64,000 nucleotides of DNA from Lobosporangium transversale (lineage: Eukaryota): contig NW_019028981.1 in NCBI RefSeq assembly GCF_002105155.1, forward strand, positions 868,001 to 932,000. Reading direction: 5' to 3'. Under the pieces are notes generated by a model, which worked only from the letters and a program-made list of their open reading frames with translations, was not told the origin of the DNA and ran no database searches. Shown here piece by piece: positions 36,787 to 48,330 of this stretch (position 1 is its first letter; each line of letters starts with the position of its first letter). Position numbers and translations under genes: made by a program.

Positions 36787-36859
36787 GCCCGGTTAGCTCA
36801 ATCGGTAAAGCGTAAGACTCTAAATCTTAAGGCTGTGGGTTCGACCCCCACATTGGGCG
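36787..36859 (+). tRNA. tRNA-Lys(CTT)-type body with anticodon CTA (amber suppressor-like, or pseudogene)
   Basis: GCCCGGT TA GCTC AATCGGTA AAGC G TAAGA CT-CTA-AA TCTTA AGGCT GTGGG TTCGACC CCCAC ATTGGGC G. Full cloverleaf with one D-stem mismatch (C13-A22). T4 run at 36866. Confidence 0.92.
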
Positions 36860-38109
36860 AAAACATTTTGCTAACTCACTTATGAATGAAGTTTAGGATT
36901 AATCTATTTGGCAGCCCATACCAATTATAGTAATTTTTGCCTCTATTTGGCAGCCTACTTCGCACTCTTGGGTGGCAGCTGGGCTGCCAAATACATTACT
37001 TTTTTTTTTTTTTTTTTTTTTTTGATAACAGGGTCATAACATCAGTGGTAAAACAGGCAGCGTTCTGTGGATTCATTGCCTTGCACAGCTAATGCCACCG
37101 GAGGTACTAAGGGCAGCGGCGATGACATCTTCACAAAACAGCCTTCAATGTACACGGTTAGGGAATGATTTATTGAAGACGTCTAGGTAGCAGGTGAGAC
37201 GCGTTTGCTCCGAGCGAAAACCTCTCATAGGCATTGATCTCCAAATGGCACCTCCAAAACTGTATGAGCTGAAAAATATTTAGACAGTAGTTATCAGAAG
37301 CTAAGATAAGTGAGAATAAGATGTGGGTCCACACACCACATCCATGGGGTATTTATTCATTTTCTGGTAGCGAGACTCGTACCAAGTAACTACATATCTA
37401 TCCAGAAGCGACATGGGATTATTCAGGAACCATGTCGGTGTTTTGTCGCGTTTCTAGTGACGCGTTATTATTATTATAGTTTTCTTAGCGTATTAATTTT
37501 AGGAATTCCCCTAGTGCGTTCCTAGTGCGTTTTTAGTATTTTTCTTAATCTTCTAGCTGGGCCGTTATTATCTTGTATATTGAAATATACACTATCATGC
37601 AAAACTGATTCAATAATTCATTCCCATGTGCATTTCTTTTTTTCATTCCTCGAAACCGTATATGCATACAACACTCATACTTTGGTTTAATAAAGCTCCC
37701 GTCTTCTTCTACGTCATAGTGATGCGTTGTGACATTAGCTTGTCTCATTTGAATAGCTAATGACTTTTTTGTTCATTCAGGTCATTGAATCAGTTTCACA
37801 TGTGCCCATTCGGTGGCCAAAGATCTTTATTCTTTTGTGAGCCATAATGCAAGCGAAATCACTATAATAATTTTGTGCAACATAGTATTTCGCCCATATT
37901 TCTAGAGCATTCCTTGCAACAGGATATTAACTAGTATAAATAGGTCTACTTTTCTATCTAGTTCTGTAGCATGGTTCCCCCTGAATAAAGATACCTTTAT
38001 TGCACCCTTAGATCCCCCTAGAACACTACCTTGACTTTTGCATTGGTAGCAAAGGAAACCACGACCACACCCAGAGAACTACAATTACCATTGAATTTCA
38101 CCCCTCGCC

Positions 38110-39080
38110 ATGGAACACTTGAATAACGCCCTTTCGTCCATCGATCTTCCTCTGAACATTCGCGAAGCCATAGCTACTGCTTTTAATCAGGCCCTCTCTA
38201 CTGCTAAAGCCAACGAAGCCGCTGAGAATGACCTAGCCAGAACCCTCGCCACGGTCCTAAAGCCACAGAAGCCTACGCCTTACGAAGGAGCTATTAACGC
38301 TGTTGCAGCCTTAAACTTTGTCGACAGCCTGGAGGAGTATTACACTATTGTCACACTCACGCCATCCAAATGGGTTCGATACGCTGTCCTCAGTCTCAAT
38401 GGCGAAGCCAAGGCATGGTGGAGAGATTCCGGGTTGAATCTCGATACACCTTGGGCTGACTTCCGTAAAGCATTCCTCCGTCAGTTCACCCCTCCAGATT
38501 CTGCGAATGCAGCTCGCCGAGCGTTGGATAAACTTCGCCAGGGAAGGATGAGTGTGGCAGAATATACGAGCAAGTTTAGAAGCCACCTACGACTGGCTAC
38601 AAATCTCGACAAAGACTCTGCTTTGCAAAAATACATGCTAGGCCTTGAGCCCGAAACAAGCAAGCAGGTGAGACTTAGACAGCCAGAGACGTTGGACGAT
38701 GCCATTGAGCAGGCGACCATTGTCCACAGTATTCTACATCCCATCGATGCCACCCCTGTATCCGCTGCCCCGAACGCCTTATCACCCCATCATGAGAATA
38801 ATTCTGGCCCTACACCAATGGATCTCGATAACATGAGAATGTTGGTTGCCAACCTGTACACCTCTCTCCATCAGCAACGACCAAACAGAAACCACTCCAA
38901 GCCAAGCTCGCTACCAAGCTCACAGCAGCTGAACGAGAACGTTGCGTTCGTGAGGGGCGTTGTTTCAGATGCCGGAACCGAGGTCATAGAGCCGAACAAT
39001 GCCAACGCACCTCTGTCTTTAATATAGAAAACAATGACCATACGCTTTCTGAGTCGGGAAAAGAGGAGGGCGAGCAGTAA
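38110..39080 (+). CDS. Gypsy C gag; a 1-bp indel near 38915 puts the CCHC knuckle out of frame
   Basis: Retrotransposon gag motifs. The alternative frame gives KLTAAERERCVREGRCFRCRNRGHRAEQC...SGKEEGEQ*. Confidence 0.88.
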
Positions 39081-42000
39081 ACCAGGCCTGCCTCGCCCCC
39101 TCTAGCCCCAGCCTTCAAGCCCTGGATAATAGAGGGCATGGTCAGTTACAGTTGATGACTACAAATAAAAATCCTTTGTGCACAAATATAACATCCATGC
39201 CCCTTTCTGATCACTCTATTGCTCCCACTGCATCTACTTCCTTACATCTACTCTCTAAGTATTCACCTCATCCTGATCCCCATTCCCCTACTCATTCCTC
39301 ATTGCTAAAAAACAATCCCCTCTCCGACCCTATTTTCCCCTCCACTGATCCTTTCACTGTTTCCACTTCACTCACTTCCACTCATTCATCTACCCCTAGT
39401 TCATCCAATCGCCACTCCCATTGTCGTAACGAAATTCGCCTTCAATCCTTCAGCCTTACCTATGACAAACATAAAAACTCTCGCCGACTTCTTACTTTCA
39501 TTGGAGCAGTGAATGGTCGACCTGCGCGCATTCTTGTAGATGGAGGGGCCGAAGGCAATGTCATAAGTTCCTCTTTCTGCGAGAACACACATGTTCCGCT
39601 AATTGAGGGTAGACCCATTCCTGTCATTCTTCCCAACGGTACCGAGACAATTGCTCAGCACACAGCCACGTTCACCCTCGCCCGCAACACGTATCAGGAT
39701 AAAATCAACGCCATTGTTTATCCTCTATCCAAATACGACCTAATTTTGGGTAAACCATGGCTGACGGATATCAACCCTCGCATCAATTGGCGAACAAATG
39801 ATCTGCATTTTGAATACCAAGGTACCCCGGTCTTGTGGGCTTGCACTGGCATCGACAGGAAGCCTAACAGCGATCTTCCGTCATATCTGCTCTTAACTTC
39901 CTTACCGTTGCCTCGGAACCTGATGCCTCTGTATTCCTCGCCCAAGTTCGAGTTCCAGTACCTGTCTCTAGCAGTAGTTCTGAACTACCGGACTCTATCA
40001 AGCAAATCGTTCAAGTCGAATTCCCTGATGTCTTTCCTACAACGCTTCCCGATGGCCTTCCCCCTGACAGAGGTGATAGCATGCGTATAGAGACTGACCC
40101 TTATGCTGACCCACCTGTCCGACCTGTCATCAGATTGTCGATCGCTGAGCTTGATGAACTGAAGAAGCAGCTAACTGATCTTTTACAAAAAGGATTAATC
40201 TCACCGAGCACCTCACCATACGGTGCTCCAGTCCTCTTTGTGAAGAAAAAGGATGGCTCGCTTCGAATGTGTGTTGATTATCGGGGCCTGAACAAGATCA
40301 CAAAGAAAAACAGGTACCCCTTACCACGGATCGATGAATTGATCGACAGATTCAGAACAGCTAAATGTTTTACCAAGCTGGATCTACTCTCGGGCTATCA
40401 TCAAATGCGTGTCCATCCTGATGATAAACACAAGACCGCGTTCCGAACTCGCTATGGCCACTACGAGTTTAACGTCGTACCTTTCGGTCTTACAAATGCA
40501 CCTGCAGCGTTCTCGACTATGATGCGTAACATACTTGATCCACTTCTTGATAAATGTGTTGTTGTGTATCTCGATGATATTTCAATTTACTCCGATAACG
40601 AGAAAGATCACTTAGAGCACATCCGACAAGTACTCTCCCTCTTGCGTCAAGCTGGGCTTTATTGTAAATTATCCAAGTGTTCCTTCATGCAGGAAGAGAC
40701 TGAGTTCCTAGGCCATGTCATATCCAAGGATGGACTCAAGACGAATGGCGGACTTGTCAAGGCAATAAGGGAATGGCCAGTACCAACAACCCAACGACAT
40801 GTGATGCAATTCCTTGGTTTGACTAATTTTTACCATCAGTACATTTCTCATTACGCTGATATTGCTCTTCCCCTCACACAATTGTTAGGCTCCAATAAGG
40901 AATTCCACTGGGGAAAATCTCAACAAGACGCCTTTGAGACTTTGAAAAGAGCAGTGAGCTCAGCACCAGTTCTTAGGATATTCGATCCTGCCCTCTCTAC
41001 AGCAGTCGAAACGGACGCTTCAGGTTTTGCAATTGGTGCTGTCCTGTTCCAGACGGACCAAAATGGTGAATCACGACCAGTAGCTTTTACTTCACGCAAG
41101 CTCAACCCAGCGGAACGCAACTATCCTACACACGAACAAGAACTGCTGGCTGTGGTGCATGCTCTGAAGACATGGCGATACTACCTTGATGGTTCTCACT
41201 TTGTCGTTTATACCGACCATGCCACTCTACAACATTTTCCTAGCCAGCCGAACTTGACTCGCAGACAAGCAAGATGGATGGAGTTGCTTCAAGAGTATGA
41301 TTTCGTATTCAAGTATAAACCTGGTAAAGATAACGTCGTCCCTGATGCTCTTTCACGAAGACCGGACCTCAAGGACTTGGAGGCTACACCTACTACTTTG
41401 AACTCCTTGGATATCAATCTAGACCCTGGCATTCGAAAACAACTAGCCAGTTGCTACCTACACGATCCAATTCTAGGTCCCCTCGTGCATCAGTATAAGG
41501 ATGCCTCTACCTCGGATCGTTACTTCGTGGTGGATGGTCTACTCTGGATCAACGCTGGACAAGGCCCTCGCCTCTGCATACCCAAGGACGACGGACTCCG
41601 TTCACAACTCTTGCATGACGCTCACGACGCTCCTATATCAGGCCACTTGGGATTCGATAAAACGTACAGTAGCATGCGACGAACATATTTTTGGCCACGC
41701 ATGGCGAGGGATATAAAAAAATACATTGCTTCCTGTGAGCAATGCCAGCGTAACAAGCCTTCACTAAAGCCTCCTGCAGGGCTTTTCCAACCTTTGGCAA
41801 TTCCAAGCCAACGATGGGATACTGTAACAATGGACTTCATTGTCAAGCTTCCGAAGACAGCCAGAGGTTTTGACGCGATTACGGTCTTTGTGGACAAACT
41901 GTCCAAGCAAGTTCATTTCTGCGCTAGCCGAACTACCGACACTGCCTCTGATGTTGCACGACTCTTTTTCGACAATGTTTTTAGACTGCACGGCATGCCT

Positions 42001-42894
42001 CGGACAATTGTGTCAGACAGAGATTCACGTTTCACCGGCAAGTTCTGGACAACGTTGATGAAGCTCATGGGCACCAAACTTAACATGTCTACTGCCTTCC
42101 ATCCACAATCAGACGGACAAACAGAGCGCGCCAACAGAACATTAGAAGAAATGCTCCGCTCTTACATATCGTACAAGCAAAACGACTGGGATCTTTTACT
42201 GCCTATGATGGAGTTCGCATACAACAACTCTGTCAATCCTACGACAGGCTTCTCCCCATTCTTTCTGAACTATGGTCACCATCCACTAGTCCCTGGATCT
42301 CTTTTAAAGCCACCTGATACCAATGTTCCGGCTGTCAGTGATTTTGTTCGAACCCAGTCGATGAATTTGGCGCTAGCTCAGGATGCCATCATCGAAGCGC
42401 AGAATAGGCAAAAGGCCCAAGCGGACAAAACTCGCAGGCCTGCTACGTTTGCTGTGGGTGACATGGTGCTCTTAAGCTCGGAAAACATCTCTGTCGCGGG
42501 ACATAAAAATAGGCCGTCGCAGAAACTGGAACCTGAGTACATAGGCCCTTACAAGATCATTTCGAAGGTCAATGAAAATGCCTACAAGCTGGAACTACCG
42601 CCTGACATGCATCAGCATCCAGTCTTTAATGCCGATCTGCTTCGCCCCTATATTGAGTCACCTCGTGAATTCGGCGACCGCTTACCACCACGCCCTGCCC
42701 CCGAGCTTGTAGATGGAGAAGAGGAGTATGAAGTCGACAAAATCATTGACTTCAAAATGTTTGGCAAAACTCCTAAGTGGCTCGTTCTTTGGAAAGGCTA
42801 TCCATTAGATGAAGCCACTTGGGAAACAAAATCTTCGCTCGCAAACGCTAAAGAGGCGCTTGCCGTCTTTGAGGCTTCAAGAAAAACAAGATAA
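39053..42894 (+). CDS. Gypsy C pol (PR-RT-RNaseH-IN-chromodomain); 1-bp indel near 39875
   Basis: ILVDGGAEG, YLDD, TDASG, integrase DDE, GPY, EYEVDKIID...WKGY chromodomain. Confidence 0.93.
39056..39102 (+). promoter_or_regulatory. -1 programmed ribosomal frameshift signal (gag to pol)
   Basis: Slippery G GGA AAA at 39056-62, followed by stem-loop GAGGAGGGCGAGCAG/CTGCCTCGCCCCCTC. The -1 frame opens at 39053 and runs into the protease ORF. Confidence 0.8.
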
Positions 42895-43125
42895 TAGGTT
42901 TCTTCATGACGGGAAGGATGCAAGCGAAATCACTATAATAATTTTGTGCAACATAGTATTTCGCCCATATTTCTAGAGCATTCCTTGCAACAGGATATTA
43001 ACTAGTATAAATAGGTCTACTTTTCTATCTAGTTCTGTAGCATAGTTCCCCCTGAATAAAGATACCTTTATTGCACCCTTAGATCCCCCTAGAACACTAC
43101 CTTGACTTTTGCACATAACCTTACA

Positions 43126-44699
43126 TCAATAAGTAGTATTCCAACCATGGGCATCACTGACAGCTTGGAGTCTCTTATGGATACCTATGATGAGTTTGCG
43201 GCAGAAGTCCACTGGGATCCTGTACCATTCAACCGATATTCGCTCCCATAGTTCATCACAGCTCTTAGCTCGCTCGGGACACCTAGAGAGCCGCCTATCC
43301 AATTCTGCCCACATGTGTTCAATAGGGTTGAGGTCAGGGGATTGTGCTGGCCACTCTAGAAGTGTACCTTCCTCTTCTGTCAGATGTACTGACTCCAAAT
43401 ACTTCCTAACAATCTTCGCCGTGTGCTTCGAGTCATTGTCGTGCTGAAAGACGATATCGCTTTTAGTTAGGCCCCAGTCATCAAGCGACATCTGTAGATC
43501 CTCCTGGAGTAGTTTGATGTAAAGTTGTGCGCCCATATTATTGTCAATCTTTGCAATGTATCCAGGTCCGTACCATGAGAAGCATGACCACACTTTAACA
43601 TTACCACCCCCAAACTTGACAGTGCCTTGCACCGACCTGCGAGTGAGGCGTCCCGGATTGTCGTCCCAGATCCACTGCACGCCATCAGAGCAGATTCGGT
43701 TTATTTTCGATTCATCTGACCAAATAACCTTTTTCCAATCTTCCAGAGTCCATTCCTTATACTAATTGATAAAATGCAAACGAGCTTTAATATGCCGTCG
43801 ACGTAAAGCTGGCTTATGTACACGCCTCTTTGCTGTCAATCCTAACTCCTTGAGCCGTCGTCTAACGGTGGTCTCAGAAACAGCCGCTGGTATGAGCTGG
43901 TTGGCTCTGACGGTGGCCTCAACTGCAGACTTGAGTGTACCTCGTTTCATGTTCACCTTAAGATTCTGCATGATACCTCTAGGTACTTTCCTTGGTCGAC
44001 CGCCTTTATTGACTGGCATGTACTCCTTATTATGTGCATAGATCCTGGTGGCCGTCGCTATTGATATACCAACATGTCACGAACAGCAAGCAATGTCTAG
44101 CTCATGAATTGATGAATGACTTTTGTCTGATTCGAATCTGAAAAAGATCACGTGTGCTTGATTAATTTGTTCCGCTCATTTCCTTCACTCATTCCTCCAT
44201 GCATAGTTTGCCTGTCAAGCCAAGTCGCGTCTCCTAGTTTTCTAGCTCCGTGAATAGCTCCAAGGATTCTAGAAGAGCTATAAACCAATAACCAAGGCTT
44301 ATAGTGCCAAGGAACCTTGAAATAAGATTGCACCAGATATCTTCCTCGGATCCTGTGTATTAAGTTAACTCAACACTTGAAGTTCCGCATATGGTAAAAG
44401 TCCTTAGGAAATATTTGAGTAAGCTTTATTTAGAGTTCTTGAAGCGCGTCTCCGCTTCAGTCAAACAAGTATAAATATGATAGATTTGTAACATAGTAAA
44501 CCTCAGTCTGCAATAAAACTATTCGTGAATCCATTCTAGTTCTCAGCTCATTATCATTCTTGTTATTCATTCACTTACCTTTCCTTGCAAACCCTTTGTC
44601 AGTCCTTGACATAACACTAGCAGCAGTTTCTCTAGTAGACATGCCTCCCATCATTAACCTCCTGGCTTCGTTGACTTTCCTTTGTGGAGTGGGTCTCAT
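43126..44699 (-). pseudogene. Tc1-A copy 3 transposase (DD39E) with one in-frame TAG and an LTR D insertion
   Basis: ORFs 43762-44019 and 43126-43680 share a frame and are separated only by TAG at 43762-64. The N-terminus (ATG 44699) is split by LTR D. Confidence 0.92.
44075..44611 (+). mobile_element. Solo LTR, family D (537 bp)
   Basis: TGTCA...TGACA termini. TSD CAACA/TAACA. TATAAATA followed by AATAAA. Absent from the other Tc1-A copies. Confidence 0.92.
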
Positions 44700-45042
44700 A
44701 TTCTGTGAAGGTATAGTTAAGAGAGAGTTAAGCAAGTGTTCATAAAGGAAAGAGAGAAAAGTCCTTTTTTTACTGGCATTAAATGACGTCCAAAAGTTGT
44801 CATGGGCAACATTTTAGACCACATGTGAAACTGATTCAATGACCTGAATGAACAAAAAAGTCATTAGCTATTCAAATGAGACAAGCTAATGTCACAACGC
44901 ATCACTATGACGTAGAAGAAGACGGGAGCTTTATTAAACCAAAGTATGAGTGTTGTATGCATATATGGTTTCGAGGAATGAAAAAAAGAAATGCACATGG
45001 GAATGAATTATTGAATCAGTTTTGCATGATAGTGTAGGAATG

Positions 45043-45077
<35 letters not shown>

Positions 45078-45550
45078 GTTAGAGGCCAAATAACGCTGGG
45101 TAGACTGCCAAGTAAATAATGAATGTTATTTGGCAACTTGGCTGCCAAAGAGAGTCTTGAAAGTTGACTATATTTGGCAATGGGCTGCCAAATAGATTAA
45201 TCCCGTGCACATCTTATTTGTACGGGGTCTCTATTTTATCTTCAAGCAGCAACGTGTATCCTACAGAGTACATGATTCTAGCTTTTTATTTCGAAGGAAA
45301 TAAGCGAAGGTCAGTCTAGAGGGACTTTGGAATGATTACTGTTGGGAGTTGCAGCGTCGTAGGAGCTGTGATACTCATCGCGGTCTATTGCATATTCCAC
45401 AGTATGCAATATTATGATAGAAAAAAATTAGAGTAAAAAACACGAATGCGCTAAAAAGATTAGTAGTAGAAGTTAGTGGCAATAACGCGCCACACAAAGA
45501 CGGGATAAATCTTTGATATGAACTTTTTAGAACGAACCAATGTCATCCTA

Positions 45551-45928
45551 TGCAAAAGTGAAGGTAGTGTTCTAGGCGAATCTAAGGGTACAATAAAGGT
45601 GTCTTTATTCAGGGGAATTGCGCTGCAGAACTAGACAGAAAAGTGGGCCTATTTATACTAGCTAATGTCCTGCTGCAAGGAATGCTCTAGAAAATTGGGC
45701 GACATACTATGTGCACTATATAGACCCATATATCGTATACGATGATTTAATTTACCACTCACGTGGGGCAGACGATATCTTATAGTATATAAGATGTCGT
45801 CTGTCCAGAAATAAAGACCCCTCTCTTTGTCCTATTGAACTTTGGTTCCATATACATAGTAAGCTATATCAATTAGGTTAAAACATTGCACTATGTTGTA
45901 CAAAATTATTATAGTAATTTCGCTTGCA
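45551..45928 (-). mobile_element. Diverged solo LTR of the Gypsy C family
   Basis: Aligns to the revcomp of LTR C. TSD TCCTA at 45546-50 and 45929-33. Interrupted by another solo LTR. Confidence 0.9.
45712..45890 (+). mobile_element. Solo LTR, family F (179 bp)
   Basis: TGCA...TGCA termini. TSD CTATG at 45707-11 and 45891-95. TATATAA sits in a long hairpin and is followed by AATAAA. Confidence 0.85.
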
Positions 45929-46301
45929 TCCTACAGATAGATACGTAGTTACCTAGTATAAGTCCCTCTACCAGAAAAGAGTATTTATGTCTCTTTTCTA
46001 TCACTATAAGTCACGGTCTTACGTCCTGAGGCTAGGGAGTGTACCCAAATGGAGTACTCCCCTTTTTATTCATAGATCAGAGCAATTAGTGACGGCTATG
46101 TTGGAGCCTATATAAGACTCCGACCTAGCTAAAATAATAAACAACTTTTGATCTCCTTGACTTCCGACTTACCATAAAATATTTCAGGGTTGATTGTGGA
46201 CCAGTTTAGAGCTAGAATTTTTTTAAAAGAAGTGGGGAACTAGATGTGTTCAACAACATAATCAAGGTATCATTACAAAGCGTTATTTAATATTGCGGCA
46301 C

Positions 46302-48330
46302 TCACAGGTACTGCAGGACTTCAAGCACCCTGTCCTGTATTTTAATATCCTCAGGCAATGGCTCATCTAGGTCATATGGCTTCTGCAGGTCATATCGGTC
46401 CCGACTGAGTAACTGACCTAGATACTCAGCACCGTGGCCCTTCAGGGCATGCAAATAGCGTGGTAAGGTATTTAGGCAACGGCGTTGCTCGAAGCTTGAG
46501 ATGGCGATAAGGCTCTTTGCCTGTCTAACGGTATTTTCTCCTTCGTTGACTAGAAAATGCTGAACAGCTCGAGAGGACATAGTGTTCAACACGCAGGACA
46601 TCGCCACTCTATATAGTATTAAGATAGAGCATAGTAAATGATAAAGAGCCAACAGACTGAAATGCGAAAGAAATGACATCCAATGAAGACAACATGATCG
46701 CATCAAGAGGTAAGATATACTTCTGGACGTCCTTAACCAGGCTCTTGTCTTTGTAAGCCTGTTCCTAGCACTCGTACTCTTTCAGCAGATTGATAGCATG
46801 TTGAAAGAGCTGCACATGGAGAAGGGACATGCCTGGGCCAACAACAGCAAAGCGCTCCACTTTTTGGGCATTAATCTAAGGATTGATTAAACCGTGTTAA
46901 TACCTGCCCCCACATAAACAAAAAAAAAAAAAAAAAACACTTGAGGAGCCTATATAACATTACAACTTGGTGGAGATTCACCGTGAGCTCCTTCCATGGG
47001 CTATCCCTGATAATAGCGGTTTTCTTCTTCCGGCCCAATTGTCCCCTGCCCGCAATGTTCACAGTAACCTTCTCTGTTGCATCATCGACTACGAAGTTCG
47101 CCTGCCGGGAAGCCCAATACTGTACGCCTTCATTACGCCTCCAACCTTCGTATCTGAGGCTTATCGACGTTCGCACTTTGCTCGGTATATTGTTTGAAGA
47201 TAAAGGAACCATAAAAGCCTCAAGTGCATCATTTTCGCACAGAAAATTAAATGCTTCACAAAATATGGGCATAGTGACATCTTGCTTCGCTGTGATCTTG
47301 TCTTGAAACCATTCCTGTACTATTATCCGAGTGGGATTACTGATGACGGCATAAGGGGACTCTTTTGATTCCATTTCCTACATCAATTTTTGAAGGAAAG
47401 TACATTAAAACCAAGAGCAAATATAAGTCGACTATCTGTGATCCACACTGGCCACCAATTTGGGAATGACTAATTTACTCACGAGCCTTTTATCCAACAA
47501 AACGCCTCATCGGTTAATGGTGGTATAAGAAAAAAATAATTGCTATACTTTAGAAATGAGAAAAGATATTATTAGTTGGTACAACCATTTTACTCCTACC
47601 TCTAATTAAAAATAAAAATAATAATAAAAATAAAAAAATAAAAAATGCTAACCTTCGACGTTCAGAGGAAGTTTTTAAAACAAGATATAGAACGTTCTTG
47701 ACCCCTCCCCACAAGGTCATTCTCCTCGTAAATCTTTGAACACTCGGCGAGGAAGACCTGTTTGCCTGCTGAATTGCTCTCCGTAATATCTGCAAGAAGA
47801 CATCTGCTGAATTTGTCTGACTCCTCTTTTCCGATGTTCCTTCGCACTCCAGAGCCGACGATTAGGATTTCGCTTATGTCATCGAACCCCTTCGACGCTG
47901 TTTATAGTCCCTAAACAACGATCCAACGTCTGTCTATGTTCGAGATCCAATGAAGTTTTTTGAGACTCACTTTTAGTTGATATTCACTAAAAGTATTATC
48001 AAGCCTCGAGACACGTCTTGGTGCTAAGATAATGTTTCATCCTATAGAGAACAATGAATTAAATTGTTAGAATGCGTAGCGACCCATCGCGAATTCATCT
48101 ACATCGGATTATCTCTATACCTGGATACGCTCAGGTTCTACAGTACCCCATCGCCTTTCCATTCCATGACCAATATGAACAGCACTGGAATCATGAGATC
48201 CTTTACCTCATGGTATAGAGAGAGATAGCTCGACATCGGACTGGCTTTGCCTCGTCCTTCACGAAACGTCTCAAAGAAGGCTATGGAACGTTGGGCGATC
48301 TTTCAGGAAGTCGGCGAGAGCAATATGTGT
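46302..48330 (-). pseudogene. Degenerate hypothetical-protein gene fragment(s)
   Basis: Natural-looking ORF 46871-47374 (MESKESPY...EGVQYWASRQ) and neighbouring broken frames. No recognisable domain; limits uncertain. Confidence 0.35.

Larger units (their letters stand above)
37848..43113 (+). mobile_element. Ty3/Gypsy chromovirus, family C, full length and young
   Basis: 195-bp LTRs at 37848-38042 and 42919-43113 (one difference seen). TSD CATAA. PBS TGGTAGCAAAGG at 38044. PPT GACGGGAAGGA. Confidence 0.97.
37590..45034 (-). mobile_element. Tc1-A copy 3 carrying nested Gypsy C and solo LTR D
   Basis: Both TIRs present. TA TSD at 37588-89 and 45035-36. Confidence 0.96.
36896..45203. mobile_element. 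Putative non-autonomous TIR element hosting Tc1-A copy 3
   Basis: Perfect 23-bp IR GGATTAATCTATTTGGCAGCCCA at 36896-36918 and 45181-45203, with repeated subterminal TATTTGGCA motifs at both ends. No clear TSD. Confidence 0.65.

Noticed and set aside
38900..39900. Extra programmed frameshifts in Gypsy C near 38915 and 39875
   Set aside because: No slippery site or structure seen, and Gypsy A is in frame across the 39875 equivalent. Probably 1-bp deletions or consensus errors.
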